This document shows positions 36,037-45,050 of a stretch of 64,000 nt of DNA, piece after piece. The DNA lies in contig OY764159.1 in NCBI GenBank assembly GCA_963668175.1, forward strand, positions 3,072,001 through 3,136,000, given 5' to 3'. Under the pieces are notes generated by a model. That model had not been told where the DNA came from. It saw only the letters and a list, made by a program, of their open reading frames with translations, and ran no database searches. Source of the stretch: Syntrophales bacterium. GTDB lineage: Bacteria > Desulfobacterota > Syntrophia > Syntrophales > PHBD01. The stretch's first letter is position 1, and each line of letters opens with the position of its first letter. Made by a program: the position numbers and the translations under genes.

Positions 36037-38130
36037 ATGAAGAAGAAAGCAGTAAGTTGTCTGGCCGTCGTCGTTGTATTCATGACGGCCGCCACCGGAA
36101 AAGGACTGGCCGCCGCCAACGACAAACAGGAAGAACCTGTGAGACTCGAGGAGATCGTCGTCACGGCGACCAAAACGGCGGAAAAGCGCAGCGATGTACC
36201 CAACGCCGTCGTCATCAAGGACAGGGAAGACATCCGCACTTCGGGGGCGAAATCCATCGGGGAATTGCTGGCCAATGAACCAGGCATCGACTGGCAGTCC
36301 TACGGCAATTACGGGGGAGCGCCGCAGGAAATCCATATCCGCGGCATGCAGGGCAAGGCGACGCAGGTCTTCGTGAACGGCGTCAACGTCAATTCGCCGT
36401 CTTTAGGTACGGCGGACGTGGGCAAATTCTCCATGGACAACATCGAGCGGATCGAGGTCGTGAAGGGATCGGGTTCCCTCCTTTACGGCTCCGGCGCCAT
36501 GGGCGGCACCGTCAACATCATGACCAGGCGGCCCAGCAGGGACAAGATGGACTTACGGGTGGAAACGGGCTACGGCTCGCAGAATACTTACCGCGTATCG
36601 GCCGAGCAGGGCATGTTCGTCGTGGGCGATCTCGGCTACTACATTACCGGCGGCCGCCGGGAAACGGACGGTTACCGAGATAACAGCTTTCTGCGGCAGA
36701 ACGACGCCTCGCTCAGGGTGGTCCTCGAGAAAGGAGAAAAACTGGACGTCAGCCTCTACGGCAGCCTGATCGACCGCTCCTACGGGATGCCCGGCGTCAA
36801 GCCGCCCGCCGGCACGCGGGACTATTATCGCGGAGCCGTCAGGTTCTATGACAGCGACTCGGCAACGCTCCTGAACCACAGCGAAGACAAGGACGGACAG
36901 GCCGTCGCCGAGATCAAGGGCAGGCCGGTGTCATGGCTCGGCTACGATCTCAAGGGCTACAACACCAAAATGACCAACTACAACTACGAACGCTATGCCT
37001 CCGACGGGACGGGGGCCGAGAACTGGGTGACCAACCGGGTCCTGGGAACGGACGGCCATCTGGAGATCCGTCCCTTCGAGGGCGCCGGTCTCCTTCTCGG
37101 CGGGGAATATAAGGATTTCTCCTGGAAAAACGAAGCTATCAGCCTGAACAGCAGCGGCGAACCCAAAACCGGCATCAAGACCGAAACCGAGGCCCATCTG
37201 TTCAGCAGCGGGACATTCGGAGAAATTCAGTACAGGCCGTTTAAATATGTCAAGGGGCTCGTCGGCCTGCGCCACGAAGACCATTCGGCCTTCGGCTCGG
37301 AGAACCTGCCGCTCTTCGGCCTCGTCGTCAACCCGCTTCCCACGACGGCCCTGAAGTTCAATCACGGCAAGCATTTCGAGGCTCCCACGCCGAACGACCT
37401 CTACTGGCCGGCCGACCCCTATACCAAGGGCAACGCCAACCTGAAACCGGAGATCGGGTGGCACACGGATGTCACGGCGGAGCAATCGTTCATGGACAAC
37501 AAGGTGTTCCTGACGGCGTCGTACTTCCACTGGAACGTGGACAATAAAATCCAGTGGGAACCGGATTCCAACGCAGTCTGGAGCCCGATCAACCTGGCCG
37601 GCTACAAGGCGGACGGGATCGAGGCGGGGATGAAGACCGGGCCTTTCTACAATCTGACGCTCTCCCTGGCCTTCACGTACCTGAAAGCGGAAGAGGAGAA
37701 CCGTCAATATACCCGTCAGGATTACGGCCCGCCGGCGGATTTCCGGTACACCATGGTCACGCGGAAGGCGACCATGACGCCCGAACGCCTGTTCAAGGGG
37801 GACCTGACCTACAAGAGCGACTTCGGGCTGACCGCGTCGGCGACGGTAAGGTTCACCGGCGACCGCGTCATGTATAATACGGTTAGCACGGCCTACCCCG
37901 ACACGAGGACCGTCCTGTATACCCTCGATTCTTACTGGACGGTGGATATGAAGGTCCAGCAGCGCCTTTACAAGCACTGGATTCTCTCGCTCTCCGGAAG
38001 CAACCTCCTGGACGCGGCCTACGACACGCACCTGACGACCTTCACCGACCAGATCACCTCCAGGTCGACCATGAGCGGATATCCGGGCGCGGGGAGAACC
38101 GTTTTTTGCAGCATCGCCTATGAATATTAG
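36037..38130 (+). CDS. btuB: TonB-dependent cobalamin receptor
   Basis: TonB box EEIVVTATK, IERIEVVKGSGSLLYGSGAMGG, APTPNDLYWP, GNANLKPE; preceded by a cobalamin riboswitch. Confidence 0.85.
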   Translation: MKKKAVSCLAVVVVFMTAATGKGLAAANDKQEEPVRLEEIVVTATKTAEKRSDVPNAVVIKDREDIRTSGAKSIGELLANEPGIDWQSYGNYGGAPQEIHIRGMQGKATQVFVNGVNVNSPSLGTADVGKFSMDNIERIEVVKGSGSLLYGSGAMGGTVNIMTRRPSRDKMDLRVETGYGSQNTYRVSAEQGMFVVGDLGYYITGGRRETDGYRDNSFLRQNDASLRVVLEKGEKLDVSLYGSLIDRSYGMPGVKPPAGTRDYYRGAVRFYDSDSATLLNHSEDKDGQAVAEIKGRPVSWLGYDLKGYNTKMTNYNYERYASDGTGAENWVTNRVLGTDGHLEIRPFEGAGLLLGGEYKDFSWKNEAISLNSSGEPKTGIKTETEAHLFSSGTFGEIQYRPFKYVKGLVGLRHEDHSAFGSENLPLFGLVVNPLPTTALKFNHGKHFEAPTPNDLYWPADPYTKGNANLKPEIGWHTDVTAEQSFMDNKVFLTASYFHWNVDNKIQWEPDSNAVWSPINLAGYKADGIEAGMKTGPFYNLTLSLAFTYLKAEEENRQYTRQDYGPPADFRYTMVTRKATMTPERLFKGDLTYKSDFGLTASATVRFTGDRVMYNTVSTAYPDTRTVLYTLDSYWTVDMKVQQRLYKHWILSLSGSNLLDAAYDTHLTTFTDQITSRSTMSGYPGAGRTVFCSIAYEY

Positions 38131-38180
38131 ACAACGCTTCATGATAAGCGGGCATGAGTCAATGTTTTAAGGAACTGTTC

Positions 38181-39029
38181 ATGACGAAACGATTTATCGC
38201 CTCCGTACTGATTTTCATAATGTCCCTTCCGGTTTTCGGCCGGGCGGAAAATATCCCCCTGGCCGAGAACCTCGGAGCGGAGGCCTTTATCGTCCGCGGC
38301 GTCAAAGACGGCTTATGGGAAAAGACCCTCTTCGTCCGCTTCGGCGAAGCGCGAAGGACCCTGTCGACTTACAGCGGTTTCATCGATGCGGCGGCGGTGA
38401 TCAACCACGCCGCCCATCCTTCCATATGGATCAAGGTGGGCACGGAGATGAAATCCGGCGGGGAAGACGGCGGCAAGGTCTATTTACGGACCGTCAAAAA
38501 GGCCGCCGCCGCGAGATTGGGAACGTCCGCCGACAGGATTGCGGAGATAGGTACCGCCGCCGACATGGACAATCTCGCTGTCGCCGTCAGGACGTTCGGC
38601 CCCATCACGGTCGGCGTCCTGGCGACGGCGGGGGCGAAAACCAATGCCCTCCGTGCCGGCGTCGACGAGGGGACCTTCGTGGAAGGGACCGAACCGGAAG
38701 GCACCGTCAATATCATCGTCCTCACGAACGCCAGGCTTACCGACGGCGCGATGGCGAGGGCCATCGTGACCGTCACCGAAGCCAAGACCGCCGCCTTCGA
38801 GGACCTGCGCGTCCCCAGCAGTTACACGAAAGGCGTACAGGCCACGGGAACGGGCACGGACAGCGTGATCGTCGTATCAGGAAAAACGGGGCCGGCGGTA
38901 ACGTATACGGGGGGACACAGCCGCATCGGCGAATGGATGGCCAAGGCGGTTTACGCGGCCGTAGTCGAGGCCCTGGAGAAGCAGAACGGATTCAGGAGGA
39001 GGCCGGCGCAAACCGCCGGGCAGCCGTGA
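38181..39029 (+). CDS. cbiZ: Adenosylcobinamide amidohydrolase with an N-terminal signal peptide
   Basis: TAADMDN, ATAG...NA.RAG, GTVNII, TEAKTAA, ATGTGTD, GGHSRIGE motifs. Confidence 0.88.
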   Translation: MTKRFIASVLIFIMSLPVFGRAENIPLAENLGAEAFIVRGVKDGLWEKTLFVRFGEARRTLSTYSGFIDAAAVINHAAHPSIWIKVGTEMKSGGEDGGKVYLRTVKKAAAARLGTSADRIAEIGTAADMDNLAVAVRTFGPITVGVLATAGAKTNALRAGVDEGTFVEGTEPEGTVNIIVLTNARLTDGAMARAIVTVTEAKTAAFEDLRVPSSYTKGVQATGTGTDSVIVVSGKTGPAVTYTGGHSRIGEWMAKAVYAAVVEALEKQNGFRRRPAQTAGQP

Positions 39030-39093
39030 TCCGTGCGGCCCGGCAACGCCATGCCGTTAAACGGCATTCCGGCGGGTCGGCCCGCCGCAGGGG

Positions 39094-39858
39094 GTGAAGA
39101 CCATGTATCTATGGCACAAAGAGGGATCGGGTATTCGTCGTGAAGTGACCGCGGCGGCAGCGCTCTCCGTCCTGGCCCATCTCGGGGCGGCCGTCCTGCT
39201 TTACGCCGCCGGGCCCCTATCCGGTTTATCCCTGATCGACAGCGACCCCAGGGTCATTCATGTGACCTGGGTGCATCCAGCCGATACGCCCATCCGCGAA
39301 GCCTCCCCTGTCCGGATCACGGAAAGACGCAGCGATCCACAGACGGCCCGCCTCCATCATCCCCCGAAGATACGGAAGATACAGGAACCGCAGCCCCAAT
39401 CCCCGGTCCGCCAAGAGACGGCGGAGGAGCCGCCTCGGCGTGCCGACACGGGGGTTACGGCCCACTTTACCGCGCCGGCTCCGCCGGCCGGGATACCGGG
39501 GCAGGCGAACAAGCAGGTTGCGGCGCTGTCGCACGGACCGAAGACGGACGGATCGTCCACCCCGGACCAAGCGGCCGTCGCCGCGAAACCGCGCTACGGC
39601 GAAAACGCCCGTCCGTACTATCCGTTGAGCGCCCGCTTGAGGGGGCACGAGGGCGTGGTCGTCATCTCGGCGGAAGTTCTCGCCGAGGGACGGGTGGGCG
39701 CCATGAAGATCAAGGCAAGCTCGGGTCATGACAGCCTCGATCAATCGGCGCTGGAGGCCGTGAAGCAATGGAAATTTGAACCTGGCAAGAGAATGGGGCG
39801 CCCTGTCGCCATGTGGGTGGACATACCCGTCCGATACGTCCTTGCCGGCAGGGATTAA
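39094..39858 (+). CDS. tonB: Energy transducer TonB (second copy)
   Basis: TM with SVLAH, Pro-rich linker, PYYPLSARLRGHEGVV...SSGHDSLDQSALEAVKQWKFEP; start may be 39103. Confidence 0.88.
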   Translation: MKTMYLWHKEGSGIRREVTAAAALSVLAHLGAAVLLYAAGPLSGLSLIDSDPRVIHVTWVHPADTPIREASPVRITERRSDPQTARLHHPPKIRKIQEPQPQSPVRQETAEEPPRRADTGVTAHFTAPAPPAGIPGQANKQVAALSHGPKTDGSSTPDQAAVAAKPRYGENARPYYPLSARLRGHEGVVVISAEVLAEGRVGAMKIKASSGHDSLDQSALEAVKQWKFEPGKRMGRPVAMWVDIPVRYVLAGRD

Positions 39859-39967
39859 CCTTCCGGCGATATATCTGCGGAACATCGGACCGCTTTCAAT
39901 CCCCGCTCTGCGAACCCGCCGGGAAGGATGCACCGGCCCCTGCCGCAGATCATGTGATACCCCCTTA

Positions 39968-40067
39968 CCCTCCTGATATGCTCAATCCTTGAAATACCTA
40001 CCCTTGAATGTGTCCAAGGCCCAAACCTTGATATGCCTAAACTTTAATATGCCTAAACCTTGATATG
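39968..40067. repeat. Degenerate 16-bp tandem repeat (AAACCTTGATATGCCT)
   Basis: Units at 40023, 40039 and 40055 (partial); decayed units at 39984 (13/16) and 39968 (9/16). Confidence 0.7.
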
Positions 40068-41360
40068 AAGGATCGGGAGCCCCAGGTGCCGTCTTTTGGT
40101 CTCGCCCGGCAGCAGCGTCTTTTCCCGCGCCGTGGGCTCGCCCCGCCTCCCCTTTCCCCGGACCTCGATGAGGTGCGAGGCGCCGAGATGGACGACGTGC
40201 TTGCCGAATTTCCGGCTCAGGGTATCCATGGCCGCGTAGGCGTCCTGGACCTTTTCGGCATGGAGGGGGTCCTCGAAGAGGGAATACTGGACGGTCGCGT
40301 CGGGGCAGAGGCCGAACAGAACGACGCCCGTCGACCGGTAGAGCTGGTCCGGCCGGAAGAGGTCCCGAAACAGTTCCCGAAGCAGCTCGGCCATCTCCAG
40401 GGGGCAGTTGGACGGGCGGTTGAGGCGCATCTCTGCGGCGGCCCCGCTGAAATTCTGCAGCCGCAGATAGGCCACGACCCCCTTCGCCGCAAGTTTGTAG
40501 CGCCTGGCCTTGATGCACGCCGATTCCAGATTCCTGAGAAGGTGGGCATAGAGATAGGCCTCGTCGGACGTCGGCGGGGCAAAGGTCTTCGTCTTGCTGA
40601 TGGTGGCGTAGGTCGTCTTCTCCTCCGGCGAGACGCGAAGGACCGACTCCCCCCGGAGCTCCCGCCAGATTTCCCGCCCCGGTTTCGTGAGGCGCTTATT
40701 GACCCGCTCTTCCGGCCACCGGGCGAAATCGAGGGCCGTCCGCACGCCCAGCTTGTTGAGGTAGCTCGTCGTCGCCGGGCCGATCCCCCAGACTTTGCCG
40801 ACGGGGATGTCGTTGAGATAGCGGGCGATCTCCCGACCACGGATGACGGTGAAACCCGCCGGCTTCCGCCACTTGGAGGCGAGCTTCGCCAGGACCTTGG
40901 TTAAGCTCAGGCCCACCGAGACGGTGATGCCCAACTCCCGCTCCACCGCCGCCTGCATCCGGCGGGCGATGGTCTCGTAGGAGGCGCGGAGGGCCCGGCG
41001 CATCCCCGTCAGGTTGCAAAAGGCCTCGTCGACGGAATACTCCTCCACGTCGGGCGTGAAGCGCCGCAGGATGGCGAAGAGACGCCGGGAAAAGAGGCTG
41101 TAGGTCTCGTAATCGGAGGGCAGGATGACAAGCTCCGGGCAGAGGCGCTTCGCCTCCCGCAGGGTGATGCCCCGCTTCACTCCCATCGCCTTCGCCGGGT
41201 AGCTGGCGCAGGCGATGATGCCTCGCTCGGCCCCGGTGACGATGGGCTTCCCCCGCAGATCCGGATGGATCACCTCCTCGCAGGACGTGAAGAAGGCGTC
41301 GGCGTCGATGTGGACGACGGCCGTCTGCAGGGAGGAGATGGTGAAAAACAGCTCGTTCAT
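40053..41360 (-). CDS. dinB: DNA polymerase IV (Y-family)
   Basis: HIDADAFFTSCE, ASYPAKAMGV, YSVDEAF, KVLAKLAS...KPAG, VWGIG, clamp-binding QYSLF. Confidence 0.93.
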   Translation of the reverse strand: MNELFFTISSLQTAVVHIDADAFFTSCEEVIHPDLRGKPIVTGAERGIIACASYPAKAMGVKRGITLREAKRLCPELVILPSDYETYSLFSRRLFAILRRFTPDVEEYSVDEAFCNLTGMRRALRASYETIARRMQAAVERELGITVSVGLSLTKVLAKLASKWRKPAGFTVIRGREIARYLNDIPVGKVWGIGPATTSYLNKLGVRTALDFARWPEERVNKRLTKPGREIWRELRGESVLRVSPEEKTTYATISKTKTFAPPTSDEAYLYAHLLRNLESACIKARRYKLAAKGVVAYLRLQNFSGAAAEMRLNRPSNCPLEMAELLRELFRDLFRPDQLYRSTGVVLFGLCPDATVQYSLFEDPLHAEKVQDAYAAMDTLSRKFGKHVVHLGASHLIEVRGKGRRGEPTAREKTLLPGETKRRHLGLPILHIKV

Positions 41361-41371
41361 GGCTCCTTTTA

Positions 41372-41387
41372 TAGTACGATCGTACTA
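41372..41387. promoter_or_regulatory. Perfect 16-bp palindrome upstream of dinB (candidate SOS/LexA-type operator)
   Basis: TAGTACGATCGTACTA, lying between minus-strand TTGACA (41395-41390) and TATAAA (41373-41368). Confidence 0.6.
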
Positions 41388-41795
41388 CATGTCAAGGGCC
41401 ATTTTCCTGTTCCCGCCGGACTGCATAAGACGGGATCAACGCCAGTCGCTTACGAAACGAAGCAACCACCGGCAATATTGAGATTCGATCAGGACATGCA
41501 AGTCTGTCTCGACAGCGAGGGTGACGACGATCATCCGTCGATACTGCTTCCTGTTAATAAAAACGGTTTAACCACTGACGTACAACCTTTCAAGCGGTAT
41601 TCCTTAATAACGCCAGCTCGTCTGTTGCCAATTCAGTCCATTTCAAGCCCCACCCTGATATTCTTGGTAATATTCTTAATAGTTGAAATACGCACTCATT
41701 ATGAGTAAGACTTATACACATTATAACTGACAAAGAGTCTCCACCTTGTTCGTCATGAAGGAACTTGATTCTATTGGTTGGGAGGATCATTATTT

Positions 41796-42467
41796 ATGTT
41801 CCAAGACAAACTGCTGAAACGGGCATTAGAGGCATATAATGGGAAACATGTGCTTAACATGGTACTTACGCAAGGCGAAAAGGCGTTAAAGCTCGGCGGC
41901 GAAATCAAGGATATGACCGTTTATTTCCAAGATATTGCCGGCTTCACCGAAATTTCCCAAGGCCTGTCTCCAGAGGATCTTGTCCATCTCATAATTGAGT
42001 ATCTCACCGTTATGACAAACACTGTCGAAAGTCATGAAGGCATCATTGATAAATACATGGGAGTCGCAATCATGGCCTTTTTCGGCGCCAATGATGAAAA
42101 GGATCATGCCGATAAAGCATGTGATTGTGCTTTAGCGGCTATTGAGCAAGCGAATTTATTGTCAAAACGCTGGAGTCAGAAGGGAATTCCTGATCTTAGA
42201 ATCACCGTAGGTGTTAATAGCGGAAAAGTAATTCTAGGTAACTTCGGCACATCTTTCAGATTTCAGTACACAATTCTCGGAGACCATGTGAACTTTGCTT
42301 CACGACTTGAAAAGGCGAATTTACATTACGGAACCGCTGCTTTGATTTCGGAATACACGACAGAAAAACTTTCTGATCAAACGCGCCTGAAGGAAGTAGA
42401 TTTGATTCGCGTAAAAGGGAAAACAGATCCCGTGAAGCTCTTTACTTTTAATAACATAAATCCATAG
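41796..42467 (+). CDS. Class III adenylate/guanylate cyclase domain protein, AT-rich, possibly inactive
   Basis: FQDIAGFT, DKYMGVAIMAFFG, GVNSG, YTILGDHVNFASRLE, VKGK. Confidence 0.85.
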   Translation: MFQDKLLKRALEAYNGKHVLNMVLTQGEKALKLGGEIKDMTVYFQDIAGFTEISQGLSPEDLVHLIIEYLTVMTNTVESHEGIIDKYMGVAIMAFFGANDEKDHADKACDCALAAIEQANLLSKRWSQKGIPDLRITVGVNSGKVILGNFGTSFRFQYTILGDHVNFASRLEKANLHYGTAALISEYTTEKLSDQTRLKEVDLIRVKGKTDPVKLFTFNNINP

Positions 42468-42665
42468 AATCGGCACAGCATTGCAAAGCTACGCTCCGGT
42501 CTCTATATCCCTTACTCTATTTCAAGTGGTAATCTTCATCTCTTACGCAATGGCAAAACTGATGACTCGTAGGCGAAACCTTCAAACCTCAAGTCCATTT
42601 GCCAGTATCTGTAAAATCAAGTATATATCGGACAGATTATTATCACTCATCCGGCTGGTGAAACG

Positions 42666-43304
42666 ATGTGCGGGCGATATGTCTTGGTTTCCGATTTATC
42701 CGTGATTGCGGAGGAGTTCGAGGTCGATATGGCCGCGGCGGCGCGCTGCGCTTATACGCCCTCCTGGGGCGTCTTCCCCGGCCAGGACGCGACCGCCGTC
42801 GTCCGGCGGGACGGCCGCAACGAACTCGTCTCGCTCCACTGGGGCCTCATCCCCGGTTGGGCCAGGGACCCGGCCATCGGCGGCAGGATGTTCAACGCCC
42901 GGGCGGAGACCGTGGAGACGAAGCCGAGCTTCCGCAGCGCCTTCAGGAAACGCCGGTGCCTGATCGCGGCCGACGGCTTCTACGAGTGGAAAACGGAAGG
43001 CCGGAAGAAGGTCCCGGCCTATTTCCACCTGAGATCGGGGCGGCCCTTCGGCTTTGCCGGCCTCTACGAGACCTGGCGGGGGCCGGATCAGACTGAAATC
43101 CATTCCTGTACGATCATAACGACGGAACCCAACGCCCTGATCCGGCCCATCCACGACCGGATGCCCGCGATCGTCCCCGGGGACCGGCAGCACGTATGGC
43201 TCGACGGCAGGATCGAAGACCCGAAAACACTGCTCCCGATCCTTGCGCCCTACCCTGCCGAAGCCATGGACTTCAAGTGGGGGCTGGGGCCTGCTTTCGC
43301 ATAA
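42666..43304 (+). CDS. SOS response-associated peptidase (SRAP/YedK/HMCES)
   Basis: N-terminal MCGRY, WGLIP, FNARAET, RRCLIAADGFYEW, IHDRMP. Confidence 0.95.
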   Translation: MCGRYVLVSDLSVIAEEFEVDMAAAARCAYTPSWGVFPGQDATAVVRRDGRNELVSLHWGLIPGWARDPAIGGRMFNARAETVETKPSFRSAFRKRRCLIAADGFYEWKTEGRKKVPAYFHLRSGRPFGFAGLYETWRGPDQTEIHSCTIITTEPNALIRPIHDRMPAIVPGDRQHVWLDGRIEDPKTLLPILAPYPAEAMDFKWGLGPAFA

Positions 43305-43424
43305 AGACCGCAGCGGCGTATTTCTCCTCGACAAACGAAGGACACGGCATTAAAATCCTATAGAATCTGCCCTCCGGGGCCGTTCTGTTTGCAAGCACAA
43401 GACCATCTCAAGGAGCCGTTTGCC

Positions 43425-44423
43425 GTGCCCGTTGTCGTCATCTTCATGACCCGTTCCCGGCTGGAGAATGCCGGCGTCGTCCTGCCGCCGGACTGGCAGG
43501 TCCGCTATCTGACGGCCGCAGGGGAAGCGGAGATCGTAGACGCCTTCCGGGATGCCGACTGCATCCTTTCCCTGGGCTCCGAGGGGGAAATCGGCGGCGG
43601 TCTCATGGACGTCTGCCGGAACCTGAAATTCATCCAGTGTTTCGGCTCCGGCTTCAACCAGGTGGACGCGGCGGCGGCCGAACGAAGGGGAATCGCCGTC
43701 GCCAATGCGCCCGGTCGGAATGCCGGGACGGTTGCCGAATTCACGATCGGCTGCATCATCGCCCTCCAGAGGCGCCTCGTCGAATCCGACGCCGCGGTCA
43801 AGGCGGGCCGCTACGCCGACTTCCGGCCGCAGGTCCTCAAGACGGGCCTGCAGGAGATCGGCGGCAGCCGGATCGGCCTTGTCGGTTTCGGTTACATCGG
43901 CCGGGAGGTGGCAAGGATAGCCTCCGTCCTCGGGGCGTCCGTTGTGTACCATACGAAGCGGCGTCAGCCTGCCGCCGTCGAGAAGGAATACAAGGTATCC
44001 CACCGGCACCTCGACGATCTCCTTGCCGAGAGCGACATCGTCAGCCTCCACGTACCCCTCAACGAGTCGACCCGGGGGATGATCGGCGCCCGGGAACTGG
44101 CCTTGATGAAGGCAGGAAGCCTTCTTGTGAACACGGCCCGCGGCCTCGTCGTCGATCAGACGGCTCTCGCGGCGGCCCTGGAATCCGGCCACCTCGGCGG
44201 GGCGGCCGTCGATACCTTCGACCCGGAGCCGCCCCCGGCGGACCATCCGCTGCTCTCGCTTTCCGCCGAGGCACAGCGCCGCCTTATCCTTTCAGCGCAT
44301 ACCGCCGGGCTCACCGTTCCGTCCTTCCGGCGTCTCCTCGACGCCTGCATCGACAACATCAAACGCGTGCTCGCCGGCGAGCCGCCGTTGAACCAGGTCA
44401 ACCGGACCGCGAACCGGCTCTGA
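43425..44423 (+). CDS. D-2-hydroxyacid dehydrogenase family protein
   Basis: GLVGFGYIG, SDIVSLHVPL, LVNTARG, AAVDTFDPEP, SAHTAG; GTG start after AAGGAG. Confidence 0.9.
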   Translation: MPVVVIFMTRSRLENAGVVLPPDWQVRYLTAAGEAEIVDAFRDADCILSLGSEGEIGGGLMDVCRNLKFIQCFGSGFNQVDAAAAERRGIAVANAPGRNAGTVAEFTIGCIIALQRRLVESDAAVKAGRYADFRPQVLKTGLQEIGGSRIGLVGFGYIGREVARIASVLGASVVYHTKRRQPAAVEKEYKVSHRHLDDLLAESDIVSLHVPLNESTRGMIGARELALMKAGSLLVNTARGLVVDQTALAAALESGHLGGAAVDTFDPEPPPADHPLLSLSAEAQRRLILSAHTAGLTVPSFRRLLDACIDNIKRVLAGEPPLNQVNRTANRL

Positions 44424-44460
44424 AAGCGACAAATTCCATATCATGACACAGGGGGATACG

Positions 44461-44823
44461 ATGACAAAGGCGATGATGTTTATACTGCTCGGTCTGGTGA
44501 CAGGTACGCTGAGCGGCCTGATCGGCATCGGCGGCGGAGTAATCCTGGTGCCCGCCCTGATTTTTATTTTCGGCTTCACGATCCACCAGGCCCAGGGAAC
44601 CACCCTGGCCCTCCTGGTCCCGCCCATCGGCATCCTGGCCGCCTGGACCTATTACCGCCAGGGTTATGTCGATCTGCCCGTCGCCGCCTACATCTGCCTT
44701 GGTTTTTTGGCGGGCGGCCTTCTCGGCGCCAAGATCGCCACGAGCATCCCCGGTCACCTGCTGGAAAGGATATTCGGCGTCGCGCTGCTCCTCATTTCGC
44801 TCCGGATGATCTTTTCCCGCTAG
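44461..44823 (+). CDS. Sulfite exporter TauE/SafE family protein (half-size)
   Basis: SGLIGIGGGVILVPAL...HQAQGTTL. Confidence 0.85.
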   Translation: MTKAMMFILLGLVTGTLSGLIGIGGGVILVPALIFIFGFTIHQAQGTTLALLVPPIGILAAWTYYRQGYVDLPVAAYICLGFLAGGLLGAKIATSIPGHLLERIFGVALLLISLRMIFSR

Positions 44824-45050
44824 CGGAGCGGCCGGAGGCGGAGGGATTTTCCATTGACAGGTCCATGCCTTGGGCGTACTATTCCGGGACATGCGAGGCA
44901 TCGCACCAGGTTTTCGAACCATCGGCATCCTCCCTGGCGCCGGAAGCGGACGCAAACCCTCCGGAAAGAAATCCGTAATGAATCAGCCATCGCGGGATGC
45001 ATATTGCATGGAAATTATAGAGAGAAACAGATTCAGGAAGGAGGCAGTAA

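Noticed and set aside
39968..40067. Possible CRISPR array
   Set aside because: 16-bp units are directly adjacent with no unique spacers, and there are no cas genes
41770..42500. Possible integron cassette around the AT-rich cyclase gene
   Set aside because: No convincing RYYYAAC...GTTRRRY attC pair and no integrase in the window
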